Source of the DNA: an uncultured Lachnospiraceae bacterium
Lineage (GTDB): Bacteria; Bacillota; Clostridia; Lachnospirales; Lachnospiraceae
Length of the DNA stretch: 64,000 nucleotides
Reading direction: 5' to 3'
NCBI GenBank assembly: GCA_948750055.1
Contig: CAPZVP010000002.1
Span: 30,078-94,077 of the forward strand
A model generated the notes under the pieces. It made no database searches. It was given only the letters and a program-made list of their open reading frames with translations, and was not told the origin of the DNA. Positions within the stretch are counted from its first letter, which is position 1. Each line of letters opens with the position of its first letter. Shown one piece after another: positions 35,474 to 45,583 of this stretch. A program made the position numbers and the translations under genes.

Positions 35474-37264
35474 ATGGGAAACAGAGGAATAAAGGGCCTG
35501 GCGCATAAGCTTGGCTATATTTTCAGCAAAAGGGATAAGAAAAAAATAGCGGTGCTGCTGTTTGCAGTCATTGTGGGCAGTCTGCTGGAACTGCTGAGCG
35601 TCTCGATCTTCACGCCTTTTGTCAATATTATCATGAATCAGGATTCCATTCAGAAGACATGGTATCTGAAATGGCTCTATGACCTGTTCGGATTTCACAG
35701 CAACAAGGGATTTCTGGGTTTTCTTTCTGTGTGCATCATGATTGTATATGTTCTGAAAAACGTATATTTGATTCTTGAACGAAGCTATATGTTCAAATTT
35801 TCCTATAATACGCAGAAGAACCTGTCCACAAGACTGCTTGTGACGTATATGAAGGAACCCTATACATTTCATTTGAATAAAAATATCGCAACTCTGCAGA
35901 GAAGCCTGCAGGAAGATACGAGTCAGTTTATGCAGGTTATTTTGTATTCTCTGGAACTGATCACGGAAGTCGTGACCTGCTCCGTGCTTGGTATTTTTCT
36001 GTTGATCGTAAGTAAGTCCATAACGCTGGTGGTACTGGTGCTGCTTGTGCTCTGCATCGGGCTGTTCTTTTTTATTACGAAGAGATATGCGCGGGGGCTG
36101 GGACAGAAGAATCAGGGATACCGGGGGATGATCTTCCAGTGGATGAACCAGTCACTTGGCGGCATCAAGGAGATCAAGATTTTAAACAGAGAGCAGTATT
36201 TTGTCGATGAATATCAGAAATATTATGCGAAATTTGCCAGAGGACTGCGGATCAGCAGAGTGATCTCCATCCTGCCCAAGTATATTGTGGAAGCGGTATG
36301 TATGACGGGGCTTCTGACGGCGATCATCATTAAAATGTTTTTCGGTGAGGCGGACATTATCTATTATGTGCCGCAGCTGGCGGTCTTTGCTGTGGCGGCG
36401 CTGCGCCTGATGCCCAGCGTGGGTAAGATCAATGAGTATACGACCAGTATCCTGTACGCGCTGCCGTCGGTGGATCTGGTATATCATGACCTGACGGAAA
36501 TCGAGGCTTATGTGGAGCGGCAGGACAATGAGGTAAAGGAATCGTGGAATCTGGAGCGGGAGATCCGTGCGGAACATGTGACCTATCACTATCCGGACGT
36601 GGAGGAGGCTGTGATCAGGGATGCCGATTTCACGATAAAGAAGGGCCAGACGGTGGCTTTCATCGGTGCGTCGGGCGCAGGCAAGACGACCATGGTGGAT
36701 ATCATTCTGGGACTGCTGGAGCCGCAGCAGGGCAGAATCATGGCGGACGGCCTCAATGTTTACAAAAAGCCGAAGACATTCCATGCCCAGGTAGGGTATA
36801 TTCCGCAGGTCATCTATCTGTCCGATGATACGATCCGCAATAACATCGCGTTCGGTGTCAGAGAGTCGGAGATAGATGAGGCGGCCATACAGCGGGCGGT
36901 GGAAAAGGCACAGCTGACAGAATTTATCGGCAGCCTGCCGCACGGACTGGGAACCCTTGTAGGAGACAGAGGCGTCAGACTCTCGGGCGGGCAGCGGCAG
37001 CGCATCGGCATCGCCAGAGCACTGTACCATGACCCGGAGATCCTGGTGCTTGATGAGGCCACTTCGGCGCTGGATAACGATACGGAGGCGGCAGTCATGG
37101 AGGCGGTGGAGAATCTGCAGGGCACGAAGACGATGATCATCATTGCCCACAGGCTGACGACGATCCGCAATGTGGATGTGATCTATGAGGTAGGTGACGG
37201 GAAGGTTGTGGAGAGGCGGAAGGATGAGGTGTTCGGAGAACCGGAGAACCTGGAGGAAGTATAA
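35474..37264 (+). CDS. ABC half-transporter, PglK/Wzk-like lipid-linked oligosaccharide flippase
   Basis: TMD + Walker A GASGAGKTT, LSGGQRQR, LVLDEATSALD; GAGG RBS before ATG 35474 (the longer ORF only reads through the repeat). Confidence 0.88.
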   Translation: MGNRGIKGLAHKLGYIFSKRDKKKIAVLLFAVIVGSLLELLSVSIFTPFVNIIMNQDSIQKTWYLKWLYDLFGFHSNKGFLGFLSVCIMIVYVLKNVYLILERSYMFKFSYNTQKNLSTRLLVTYMKEPYTFHLNKNIATLQRSLQEDTSQFMQVILYSLELITEVVTCSVLGIFLLIVSKSITLVVLVLLVLCIGLFFFITKRYARGLGQKNQGYRGMIFQWMNQSLGGIKEIKILNREQYFVDEYQKYYAKFARGLRISRVISILPKYIVEAVCMTGLLTAIIIKMFFGEADIIYYVPQLAVFAVAALRLMPSVGKINEYTTSILYALPSVDLVYHDLTEIEAYVERQDNEVKESWNLEREIRAEHVTYHYPDVEEAVIRDADFTIKKGQTVAFIGASGAGKTTMVDIILGLLEPQQGRIMADGLNVYKKPKTFHAQVGYIPQVIYLSDDTIRNNIAFGVRESEIDEAAIQRAVEKAQLTEFIGSLPHGLGTLVGDRGVRLSGGQRQRIGIARALYHDPEILVLDEATSALDNDTEAAVMEAVENLQGTKTMIIIAHRLTTIRNVDVIYEVGDGKVVERRKDEVFGEPENLEEV

Positions 37265-37269
37265 AGAAG

Positions 37270-38889
37270 ATGTTGAGTAGACCGGAACGGAAACAGGGGA
37301 CAGGAAGGCAGCAGGATAAAGCGCGGGAAATATGGTTTTCCGTGTCTCTTGTGGTGCTTTCCATGGCCGCTTTTCTGCTGATCGGTGCCGATGGTTATGT
37401 TTTGTTTGACGACAGCGGCAGCTACCTCAATATGGAACGATATGTGGAAGGCGTTATGCCGCTTTATCCGCTGTTTCTGCGTCTGAACAGGATAGTGTTC
37501 GGGGAAGCGGTATATTTGCAGGCAGTGGTGGTGGAGCAGGCCGTCTTTGCCTGTGTGTGCGTGATTCTGTTTACGCATCTGGTGCGCAGGCGGTTTCAGC
37601 TCGGCTATCTGGAGTCTTACGGGATTTATCTGCTGTCGCTGCTGCCTTTCACAACGGATATGCCGGACGCAATGACAACCCAGGAGATCCTGACAGAAGG
37701 GATTGCCTATGCGGCCTTTTATCTGTTTATGGCGGTGCTTTTAACGGCTGTCTGGAAGAAAAGCCTTGCAGGCGTGGCGGTTCTTTACCTGGTCACGCAG
37801 TTTCTGGCGGCGACCCGGTCACAGCTGCAGATCCTGTTTGGCGTCTGTGGAGTGATTTTTTTCTATATTGTCCTGACGGGAAAAGGGAAAAAAGACTGCA
37901 CTTTTGACGGAGGAAACAGGAGTAAGGCCGGGAAAGCGGTCAGGATTGGCGGGCGGATTTTATTTGGCCTGGCGGGCTGTCTGTTCATCGGGCTTGTTGG
38001 TGTCTGGTGTACGAGCAGGATCAGCACCGCGTATCAACAGGCGTTGGCGCGGTATACGATGCGGCTGGAAACCGAGAGACTTGCGTCACAGGCAGAGCAG
38101 TTCGGAGCTGCCGGAACAGAAGCAGAAGTGCGCGGCGAGAATGCAGATACCCTGCATGTGGTTGCGGAAGAAGATACGGCGGTAGCCAGTCAGTATACAT
38201 CACTCATTTTTTCCAGAGGGATGTATGAGGCGGATTATGAAGATTATCATCTTTTCAGGGATGAACAAATGAAGGAGCTGTTCCTGTTTTTCTATGAAAC
38301 GGCAGACAGGGAAGGATGCCTGTATACTTACGCACATCCTGGATTGTGGATGTGGAAGGATATCGTTGGCGGAATCGGTTCTGTCGGCAGTAAATGCTTT
38401 TATGCACAGGAGGAGTATTACGCAGCCCGGCCCGAACTGCTGCAGGGGCAGAATCAGAGAGTTGTCAAGAATGCTAATTGGATGACGATCGGATTGACAC
38501 TGATACGGGCCCATTGGGGAAGACTCCTGTATCATACCTTAATGATGTTGCCACAGGCTTTTATCTGCACGGTTTTTTTCCAGATTGCGGAAATTTACCT
38601 GTTGTGCCATCTGGTTACGCTGTTTCTTTATCTGTCAGCTGTCGGGCTGATGATCTGGGCTTATCTGGATAAAAAGGTGGACAGAGCCTACGCGGAGTTT
38701 ATGTCAGCCGTTCTTGGAACGAATCTGGTGATGATCGTGGTCATTTCGCTGGTCTTTTTTGGACAGCAGAGGTATCTGGTGTATAATTTTGGTATTTTTT
38801 ATATGATATATTTTCTGCTGTTGCTGCAGCTCTGGAAAATATATGGAAAGAACTGGTTGATGAAATGGATGCATCGAAGAAAGTCCTGA
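37270..38889 (+). CDS. Polytopic membrane protein, putative GT-C glycosyltransferase
   Basis: FDDSGSY after TM1, PLYPLFL, ILTEG, QRY near C-terminus; directly upstream of polyprenyl-P sugar synthase. Confidence 0.55.
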   Translation: MLSRPERKQGTGRQQDKAREIWFSVSLVVLSMAAFLLIGADGYVLFDDSGSYLNMERYVEGVMPLYPLFLRLNRIVFGEAVYLQAVVVEQAVFACVCVILFTHLVRRRFQLGYLESYGIYLLSLLPFTTDMPDAMTTQEILTEGIAYAAFYLFMAVLLTAVWKKSLAGVAVLYLVTQFLAATRSQLQILFGVCGVIFFYIVLTGKGKKDCTFDGGNRSKAGKAVRIGGRILFGLAGCLFIGLVGVWCTSRISTAYQQALARYTMRLETERLASQAEQFGAAGTEAEVRGENADTLHVVAEEDTAVASQYTSLIFSRGMYEADYEDYHLFRDEQMKELFLFFYETADREGCLYTYAHPGLWMWKDIVGGIGSVGSKCFYAQEEYYAARPELLQGQNQRVVKNANWMTIGLTLIRAHWGRLLYHTLMMLPQAFICTVFFQIAEIYLLCHLVTLFLYLSAVGLMIWAYLDKKVDRAYAEFMSAVLGTNLVMIVVISLVFFGQQRYLVYNFGIFYMIYFLLLLQLWKIYGKNWLMKWMHRRKS

Positions 38890-39584
38890 TCATTATTCCT
38901 GCTTACAATGAGGAAGAGAATATTGAGAAGGTAGTCGATAACTTAATAAGAAATTTTCCGCAATATGATTATATCATTGTCAACGACGGCTCCACAGACG
39001 GGACAAAGATGGTATGTCAGAGGAAACGGTATGAAGTATTGAATCTGTCGATCAATATGGGAATCGGCGGTGCGGTGCAGACCGGCTACTGCTATGCATG
39101 GGATAATGATTATGATATAGCGGTCCAGATAGACGGTGACGGACAGCATGATGTAGGTTTTTTGGAGAATATGATCCGATACATGGAAGAAGAGCAGGCA
39201 GATTGCGTGATCGGTTCCAGATTTATGGAAAAAGAAGGATTTCAGTCTTCCGGTCTTCGCCGGACGGGAATTAAATTCTTAAGTATACTGGGATGGATTC
39301 TGACAGGAGTGCGGATCCGGGATATTACCAGCGGTTATCGTCTCGTGAACCGCAGATTTATCCATATATTTGCCCAGGATTACCCGGCCGATTATCCGGA
39401 ACCGGAGGCTATGGTCATCACGGCAGTTCACAGGGGAAAGATCGTAGAGTATCCGGTTATTATGAGGCAGAGGGAGGGCGGCACCAGCTCCATTACCTTA
39501 AAGAAATCCATTTATTATATGTTTAAGGTCACGCTGGCGATGTTGATCCGGAGGCTGAGCTTCGGAGTCAGGAGGCAGAAATGA
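38865..39584 (+). CDS. GT2 polyprenyl-phosphate sugar synthase (DPM1/GacI-like)
   Basis: IIPAYNEEENI, NDGSTD, GIGGAVQTG, DGDGQH, IGSRF, DITSGYR, YPEPE. Confidence 0.88.
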   Translation: MDASKKVLIIIPAYNEEENIEKVVDNLIRNFPQYDYIIVNDGSTDGTKMVCQRKRYEVLNLSINMGIGGAVQTGYCYAWDNDYDIAVQIDGDGQHDVGFLENMIRYMEEEQADCVIGSRFMEKEGFQSSGLRRTGIKFLSILGWILTGVRIRDITSGYRLVNRRFIHIFAQDYPADYPEPEAMVITAVHRGKIVEYPVIMRQREGGTSSITLKKSIYYMFKVTLAMLIRRLSFGVRRQK

Positions 39585-39958
39585 TTCCACATACCCTGCA
39601 GGTTACGCTTTCCATAGCAGTTATCTGCTATTTCATCATTATTCTCTATTATCTGAAACGAAAAATGCTGGAACTGAAATATACGCTGATCTGGCTTGTG
39701 GCTGGCGTAGTCATGGGGATCATGATTTATTTTCCGGAACTGACGGTGTGGTTTGTTCATCTGATCGGGATGCAGGACAATATGAATGGGCTCTATATCA
39801 TGTGTCTTGCTTTTATGATGATGATTTTGATGACATTGACTTCAATCGCTTCCAGACAACAGTTGAAGATCAGAATTTTGATTCAGGAGATCAGCATGCT
39901 GGAGAAAAGGGTCAGAGAGTTGGAAGTACGAACTGAGGAAAAGAAAAAATCGGAATGA
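39581..39958 (+). CDS. DUF2304 small membrane protein (GacJ-like)
   Basis: 125 aa, 3 TM, LKYTLIW and C-terminal LIQEIS.LE coiled tail; ATGA-coupled to GT2. Confidence 0.82.
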   Translation: MIPHTLQVTLSIAVICYFIIILYYLKRKMLELKYTLIWLVAGVVMGIMIYFPELTVWFVHLIGMQDNMNGLYIMCLAFMMMILMTLTSIASRQQLKIRILIQEISMLEKRVRELEVRTEEKKKSE

Positions 39959-39998
39959 GTGTGGAAAGATTTATCATGTTGTCAGGGAGGCAGGACAG

Positions 39999-41129
39999 AT
40001 GGAGAAAACAGCCATAGATCTACTCTGGCTGCGCCCCGGCAGGGTCGGGGGAACGGAGTCATATATCAGAAATCTGCTGGACGGTCTGGCAAAGCTGGAG
40101 GAAGAGTTTGATTTTACCCTGCTGGTATCCAGGGATAATGCCGATACCTTCCGGAAATATGAGAGTGATAAAAGATTTCATCTTCTGACAGCGGACATTA
40201 AGTCGGAAAATATTGGCAGGCGTATTATCTGGCAGAATCTTTTTCAGAACAGATTGCTTCGCAAAAACGGCTTCCGCAAATGCTTCGAACCGGTGTACTG
40301 TAAGCCCTGGCTCAACGGCGGCATTCAATATACCTGCGTGATCCATGATCTGCAGGCGTTGCATTATCCGGAATATCACCCTTTTCATGAGGTGGCCTAT
40401 TCCCGGCTGTGCTGGCGGATGGATGTCTGGAACGCGGCGCGGATCGTGGCAATCTCCGGATGGGTCAGGAAGGATATCGAACAGAAATACGGACGGAAGG
40501 ATATTGAGGTCATTTATAATCCCATTTTGATCAAAAAGGATGAAGTGGCGCCATTTGACAGTCTGCAGAAGAAGTATGGAATTGAAAAAAAACAGTTCTA
40601 TTATACGGTAAGCCAGATGATACCGCATAAAAATCTGACGACACTGATTCAGGTGATGGAGAAGCTTGCAGAAGGGGATTGCGCTTTACCGTGCAGGCTG
40701 CTGATCAGCGGTGTGAATGGACATGCAGCGCAGGAGCTAAAGGAACAGATCCGTGACAGAAACCTGCAGGGAACCGTGACATTGACCGGTTTTGTCAGCA
40801 ATGAGGAACGTAATGCGCTGTATCAGAACTGTCATGCCTTTCTGTTTCCCAGCGTGTTTGAAGGGTTTGGAATGCCGCCGGTGGAAGCCATGCTTTTTCA
40901 AACACCGGTGATCACCACGCGGTGCGCCTCCATCCCGGAGGTGACGCAGGGAAAGGCAGTGTATGTGGATGACCCCTGCGACGTGGATCAGTGGATAGAG
41001 CAAATGATCGCTGTGGACAGAGGGCAGGAATGGGGACAGGATGGCATGGATTTTGCGTTATATGCGCCTGAACGGATTTCGCGGCAATATCTGGCGTTAT
41101 TGAAGGAACCGATATGGAAAAGAAAATAA
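39999..41129 (+). CDS. GT4 family glycosyltransferase (MtfB-like)
   Basis: GGTESY, IHDLQ, PHKN, PSVFEGFGMPPVEAM. Confidence 0.9.
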   Translation: MEKTAIDLLWLRPGRVGGTESYIRNLLDGLAKLEEEFDFTLLVSRDNADTFRKYESDKRFHLLTADIKSENIGRRIIWQNLFQNRLLRKNGFRKCFEPVYCKPWLNGGIQYTCVIHDLQALHYPEYHPFHEVAYSRLCWRMDVWNAARIVAISGWVRKDIEQKYGRKDIEVIYNPILIKKDEVAPFDSLQKKYGIEKKQFYYTVSQMIPHKNLTTLIQVMEKLAEGDCALPCRLLISGVNGHAAQELKEQIRDRNLQGTVTLTGFVSNEERNALYQNCHAFLFPSVFEGFGMPPVEAMLFQTPVITTRCASIPEVTQGKAVYVDDPCDVDQWIEQMIAVDRGQEWGQDGMDFALYAPERISRQYLALLKEPIWKRK

Positions 41130-42040
41130 GCGTTATTCTAGTCAATTATAACGGGAAAAAATACAATGATACCTGTATCGGCTCCATTCTGCGCAGCACG
41201 GTCAGTGAACAGATTCAGGTTGTGGTGGTGGATAATGCGTCTACGGACGGCTCACTGGCGGCGCTGCAGGATACCTGGGGGAGCAACGGGCAGGTACATC
41301 TCATTGCACTGGAGGAGAATTTCGGATTTTCCAGGGCCAATAATGCAGGAATGCAGTGGTCGATGGAACAGGGAATCGAATATTTTCTGCTCCTGAATAA
41401 TGACACCGAGATTGAGCCGGATACGATAGAGAAGATGTTTTGCTGCCACCGGAAGACGGGGGCGATGGTGGTGCCGAAAGTATACTATGCAGACAGAAAA
41501 GATGTCATCTGGTGTGCCGGAGGCGATTTTACGCCGGTGATCTGCAAATCGGTGCAAAGAGGGCTGGATCAGCCGGAGCAGGGGCAGTTTGATCAGAGTG
41601 GACCCTGCCGCTTTGCCAATGGATGTGCCCTGTTTTTGTCGAAGGCGATCGTAGACAGGATCGGCTTTATGGACGAACGGTTTTTCCTGTATTATGAGGA
41701 CACAGAGTACAGTATGAGGGCAGCAGGAAAGGGTGTGGATATCCGATACTGTGCGGAAGCAGTCGTATACCACAAGGTAAACGGTTCTACGGCGGGGAAT
41801 GCGCGGCCGGCGAATGCTTACTATATCACGAGAAACTGGCTTTTGTGTAACAGCCTGCATATGCGGTGCGGCCGGCATGTAAATGGAAGATTTCTGATTT
41901 TTCTTGGTTATTTCTTCTGTAACAGGTTTGCGTGGATGATGATCTGGCTTCTGCAGGGAAAAAGGAAGATGTGTTCGGCACTGCTCAGGGGCGTGTTTGA
42001 TTTTTGCAGAGGCAGATGGGGGAAATATCAGGCAGGATGA
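41114..42040 (+). CDS. GT2 family glycosyltransferase (rhamnosyltransferase-like)
   Basis: ILVNYN, VDNASTD, NFGFS.ANN, LLNND, FFLYYEDTE, YYITRN. Confidence 0.9.
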   Translation: MEKKISVILVNYNGKKYNDTCIGSILRSTVSEQIQVVVVDNASTDGSLAALQDTWGSNGQVHLIALEENFGFSRANNAGMQWSMEQGIEYFLLLNNDTEIEPDTIEKMFCCHRKTGAMVVPKVYYADRKDVIWCAGGDFTPVICKSVQRGLDQPEQGQFDQSGPCRFANGCALFLSKAIVDRIGFMDERFFLYYEDTEYSMRAAGKGVDIRYCAEAVVYHKVNGSTAGNARPANAYYITRNWLLCNSLHMRCGRHVNGRFLIFLGYFFCNRFAWMMIWLLQGKRKMCSALLRGVFDFCRGRWGKYQAG

Positions 42041-42117
42041 TCAGTGTGAAAGATGCGTAAGATAGTGATGGTGCCGGCAGACATGCAGCGGATAGAGCAA
42101 AGGATGCGGTTTATACG

Positions 42118-43203
42118 ATGAAGAAAATGTTGTATATCATGGGGATAGAATGGAACTGGATCTTTCAAAGACCCCAGGTACTTGCATTAGAGCTGGAAAA
42201 AGAATATGATTTAACAGTCGTGGGGACGAAGCAGCCGGTACATGCGAAACATCAGAATAACAGGCTGCCGAAGCGGCTTTTGGAGTTGTATCAGATTCCT
42301 TTTCAGGAGAAAAACAGGCTGATCGGGGCAGTGGCAAGGCACATACACACCGGCGTGCTGGGGAATCTGAGGGAGTATGATGTCATCTGGGTGGGCTATC
42401 CTCTTTTTGGCAGATATATTCCGGAGGACTACAGGGGAACAGTTGTATATGACTGTATGGATAATTTTGAGGCATTGTATCAGGACAGACGGGAGAAAAA
42501 TCTGCGCAGGGCCTGTGCAGAGGAGTACAGGTTGCTGGAACGGGCGGATCTGGTGTTTGCTTCCAGCCTGAAATTAAAGGAAAAACTTTTGGCGATGTGC
42601 CCCGGCAAGGCGGTCACGGTGGTCCGGAACGGATACAGCAATATTTCGCTGGTGAAGCCCACAATGCCGCAGAGAAAAGAGCAGTATGCGCTGGGTTATA
42701 TAGGAACCCTGTCAGCATGGTTTGACAGCGAGCTGGTGTTGAACAGCCTGGAAGAGCAGGAGGATATCCGCTACGAGTTGATCGGGCCGGTGGCAGACCA
42801 CCAGCCGCTTGCGCATGACAGAGTTCATTACAGGGGTGTGGTCGAACATGGGCGTCTGGGGGAAGTTGTACAGGAGTTGGACTGTCTGCTGATGCCTTTT
42901 CAGATCAACGATATCATCCTTTATGTGGATCCGGTCAAGTTGTATGAATATATTGCATGGGGAAAGTGCATCGTAGCCTGCTGGTATCCGGAGATAGACC
43001 GGTTTGGCGAGTTTGTGTACTTTTATCATGACAAACGGGAATATACGGAACTGCTCAGGCAGCTGGCACAGGAAGGATTCCCGCCTAAATTCACACAGGA
43101 CAGGCAGGAAAAGTTTCTGGCGGAGAACTCCTGGCAGGCAAGAGCGCAGACGATCCGGGAATGCCTGGAGGCAGCAGGCGAAGCGCAGACCGGCGGGAAG
43201 TGA
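42118..43203 (+). CDS. GT-B glycosyltransferase (TuaH-like)
   Basis: W.WIFQRPQ, VYDCMD, V.NG, DPVKLYEY, ENSW motifs. Confidence 0.82.
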   Translation: MKKMLYIMGIEWNWIFQRPQVLALELEKEYDLTVVGTKQPVHAKHQNNRLPKRLLELYQIPFQEKNRLIGAVARHIHTGVLGNLREYDVIWVGYPLFGRYIPEDYRGTVVYDCMDNFEALYQDRREKNLRRACAEEYRLLERADLVFASSLKLKEKLLAMCPGKAVTVVRNGYSNISLVKPTMPQRKEQYALGYIGTLSAWFDSELVLNSLEEQEDIRYELIGPVADHQPLAHDRVHYRGVVEHGRLGEVVQELDCLLMPFQINDIILYVDPVKLYEYIAWGKCIVACWYPEIDRFGEFVYFYHDKREYTELLRQLAQEGFPPKFTQDRQEKFLAENSWQARAQTIRECLEAAGEAQTGGK

Positions 43204-43208
43204 AAGGA

Positions 43209-44342
43209 ATGTCATTTGAAATGAAGAAGATAAAGATTATGAGCGTTTTCGGCACCAGGCCCGAGGCGATCAAGATGTGCCCGCTGATCAAAAAAATGCG
43301 GGAATATGAGGAGATAGAGAGCATCGTCTGCCTGACAGGGCAACACAGGGAAATGCTGCAGCAGGTGATCGATATTTTTCAGATTCAGGTGGATTATAAT
43401 CTGCAGATCATGAAAATGTCTCAGACGCTGCATTCGATCACAACAGATATTCTCACGTTGATCCGGCCTGTTCTTGAGAAGGAAAAACCGGATCTGGTAC
43501 TGGTGCACGGCGATACGACGACTTCGTTTGTGGCAGCGCTGGCGGCTTTTTATCAGCAGATCCCTGTAGGACATGTGGAGGCAGGTCTGCGCACTTATGA
43601 CAAATATGCCCCTTACCCGGAAGAAATGAACCGTACTTTGACGGGCAGGATAGCGGATCTGCATTTTGCGCCGACCGAGAATAACCGGGCGTGCCTGGAA
43701 AAGGAGAATATAAGGGATCATGTCTTTGTGACCGGGAACACGGTCATAGATGCATTACAGACGACGATCTCACCTGATTATCAATACAAAGACGCGGCAC
43801 TTGCCGCCATCATGGAAGAAAGAAAGGGTCGTCTGTTGCTGGTTACGGCCCACAGACGTGAAAATCTGGGAAAACCGCTGCAGGATATCTGCGGGGCCCT
43901 GCGGGAGATCGTGTCAGAATATCCCGATGTGGAAGTGATCTATCCGGTACATTTGAACCCGTTGGTTCGTGAGCCGGTGCATGAACTGTTGGGGCAGGAG
44001 GAAAGAGTGCATCTGATTGACCCCATTGATGTAGAAGATATGCATAACCTTATGGACAGAAGTTATCTGGTGTTGACGGACTCCGGAGGGCTTCAGGAGG
44101 AAGCGCCTTCCTGCGGAGTTCCGGTACTTGTCCTGCGGGATAAGACGGAGCGGCAGGAAGCTGTGGACGCCGGGACCGTTGTGATGGCGGGAACGAAGAA
44201 AGATGATATTGTCAGGCTGACGAGGGCGCTGCTGGATGATCAGGAACAGTATCAGAGGATGTCCAGAGCGGTCAATCCGTATGGGGACGGGCGTGCGTCG
44301 GAGAGGATCATTCAGGCAATCCTGCAATATTTTGAAGGGTGA
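43209..44342 (+). CDS. wecB: UDP-N-acetylglucosamine 2-epimerase (non-hydrolysing)
   Basis: FGTRPEAIKM, TGQHREML, HGDTTT, GHVEAGLRT, PEEMNR, TDSGGLQEEAP, NPYGDG. Confidence 0.96.
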   Translation: MSFEMKKIKIMSVFGTRPEAIKMCPLIKKMREYEEIESIVCLTGQHREMLQQVIDIFQIQVDYNLQIMKMSQTLHSITTDILTLIRPVLEKEKPDLVLVHGDTTTSFVAALAAFYQQIPVGHVEAGLRTYDKYAPYPEEMNRTLTGRIADLHFAPTENNRACLEKENIRDHVFVTGNTVIDALQTTISPDYQYKDAALAAIMEERKGRLLLVTAHRRENLGKPLQDICGALREIVSEYPDVEVIYPVHLNPLVREPVHELLGQEERVHLIDPIDVEDMHNLMDRSYLVLTDSGGLQEEAPSCGVPVLVLRDKTERQEAVDAGTVVMAGTKKDDIVRLTRALLDDQEQYQRMSRAVNPYGDGRASERIIQAILQYFEG

Positions 44343-44355
44343 ACAGGGGCGTTAT

Positions 44356-45528
44356 ATGGCTAAGATAGGGATTATTATCAGTTCTCTGACAACATGCGGC
44401 GGAGAAGAGAGAGTTGTATCGTTGATAGCCAGCGAACTGGCGAAACACCACGATATCACGATTTATACGTATGAGAGCCGCCGTCTGGAAGGTGGGAAAC
44501 GGAATGATTATCCCTTGTCTGACAGGATCAGAGTACAGGAAGTTGAGGCAGCCAGGGAATCCTTTTTTCAACATGGCATTAAACTTTTATATCATTTTAC
44601 AGGAATGACTTCCGGAAAAATCTCGCAGATGCTGCTGAAGAAGGCATTTTATCCAGAAGAACATCTGGAAGAGTGGGTAGAACGTATCAATGCGGAAAAG
44701 TACGATCTGATGATTGCTGTATCAGGTGCGAACACGATACTGCTGGGATATATTGCAGACAGGATCAGGGCAGGATGTATCAGCTGGGAGCACAGTTCTT
44801 ATGAGGGATACTTTGACAGGAAGACCGGATATTACAGAAACCGGGTGCAGGTCTATCAGAAGTGTGCCGCGAAGCTGCATATGCGGGTTGTGCTGAATCA
44901 GGATATTGCAGATAAATATGAGCAGCGGTTGGGACTTGATACAACCGTTATTCCGAATCCGAAAAGCTTTGCGAGTCACGAGAAGGCGGATGTCAGCGCC
45001 AGGTGTTTTGTTACATGCGGCAGAGTGGAACAGGAGAAGGGATACGATGATCTGATAGAGGCGTTTGCGGAATTTTCCATGAAAAATAAAGATTGGAAAC
45101 TCTTGATCATTGGCGGTGGAAGTATGGAGCAGAAACTGCGTGAGATGATCAAAGAAAAAAAACTGCAGGACAAAGCCCGGATCACAGGGTATATCCACGA
45201 GGTCAAAGAAAATCTGCTCAAAGGTTCCGTGTTTGTTATGACTTCCCGGTGGGAGGGATTTCCTATGACAATCACGGAAGCGCTGGAGATGGGACTTCCC
45301 GTGATCGCGTACGACATACCGGCAATCGGGCCGCTGGTGACAGATGGGGTGGAAGGACGTGTGGTGCCGGCCTTTCAGAGAGGCGAGTTGGTAAAGGCGA
45401 TGGAGGAACTGGCCGGTGATGTGGAATGCAGGAAGAGAATGTCAGGGAATGCTTTAATAAAGGCGGAGATGCTGGAACCGGAACGGGTAGTGGAGCAGTG
45501 GGAGAGATTGATTGCAAACTATGTGTAA
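44356..45528 (+). CDS. GT4 family glycosyltransferase (AmsD-like)
   Basis: GGEERV; GR..EKG; TSRWEGFPMTITEA. Confidence 0.9.
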   Translation: MAKIGIIISSLTTCGGEERVVSLIASELAKHHDITIYTYESRRLEGGKRNDYPLSDRIRVQEVEAARESFFQHGIKLLYHFTGMTSGKISQMLLKKAFYPEEHLEEWVERINAEKYDLMIAVSGANTILLGYIADRIRAGCISWEHSSYEGYFDRKTGYYRNRVQVYQKCAAKLHMRVVLNQDIADKYEQRLGLDTTVIPNPKSFASHEKADVSARCFVTCGRVEQEKGYDDLIEAFAEFSMKNKDWKLLIIGGGSMEQKLREMIKEKKLQDKARITGYIHEVKENLLKGSVFVMTSRWEGFPMTITEALEMGLPVIAYDIPAIGPLVTDGVEGRVVPAFQRGELVKAMEELAGDVECRKRMSGNALIKAEMLEPERVVEQWERLIANYV

Positions 45529-45583
45529 CCGGAGGAAAAAAGCATCGTTATGGAGAATACAGCAGTAGTAAGGGTGGTATAGC

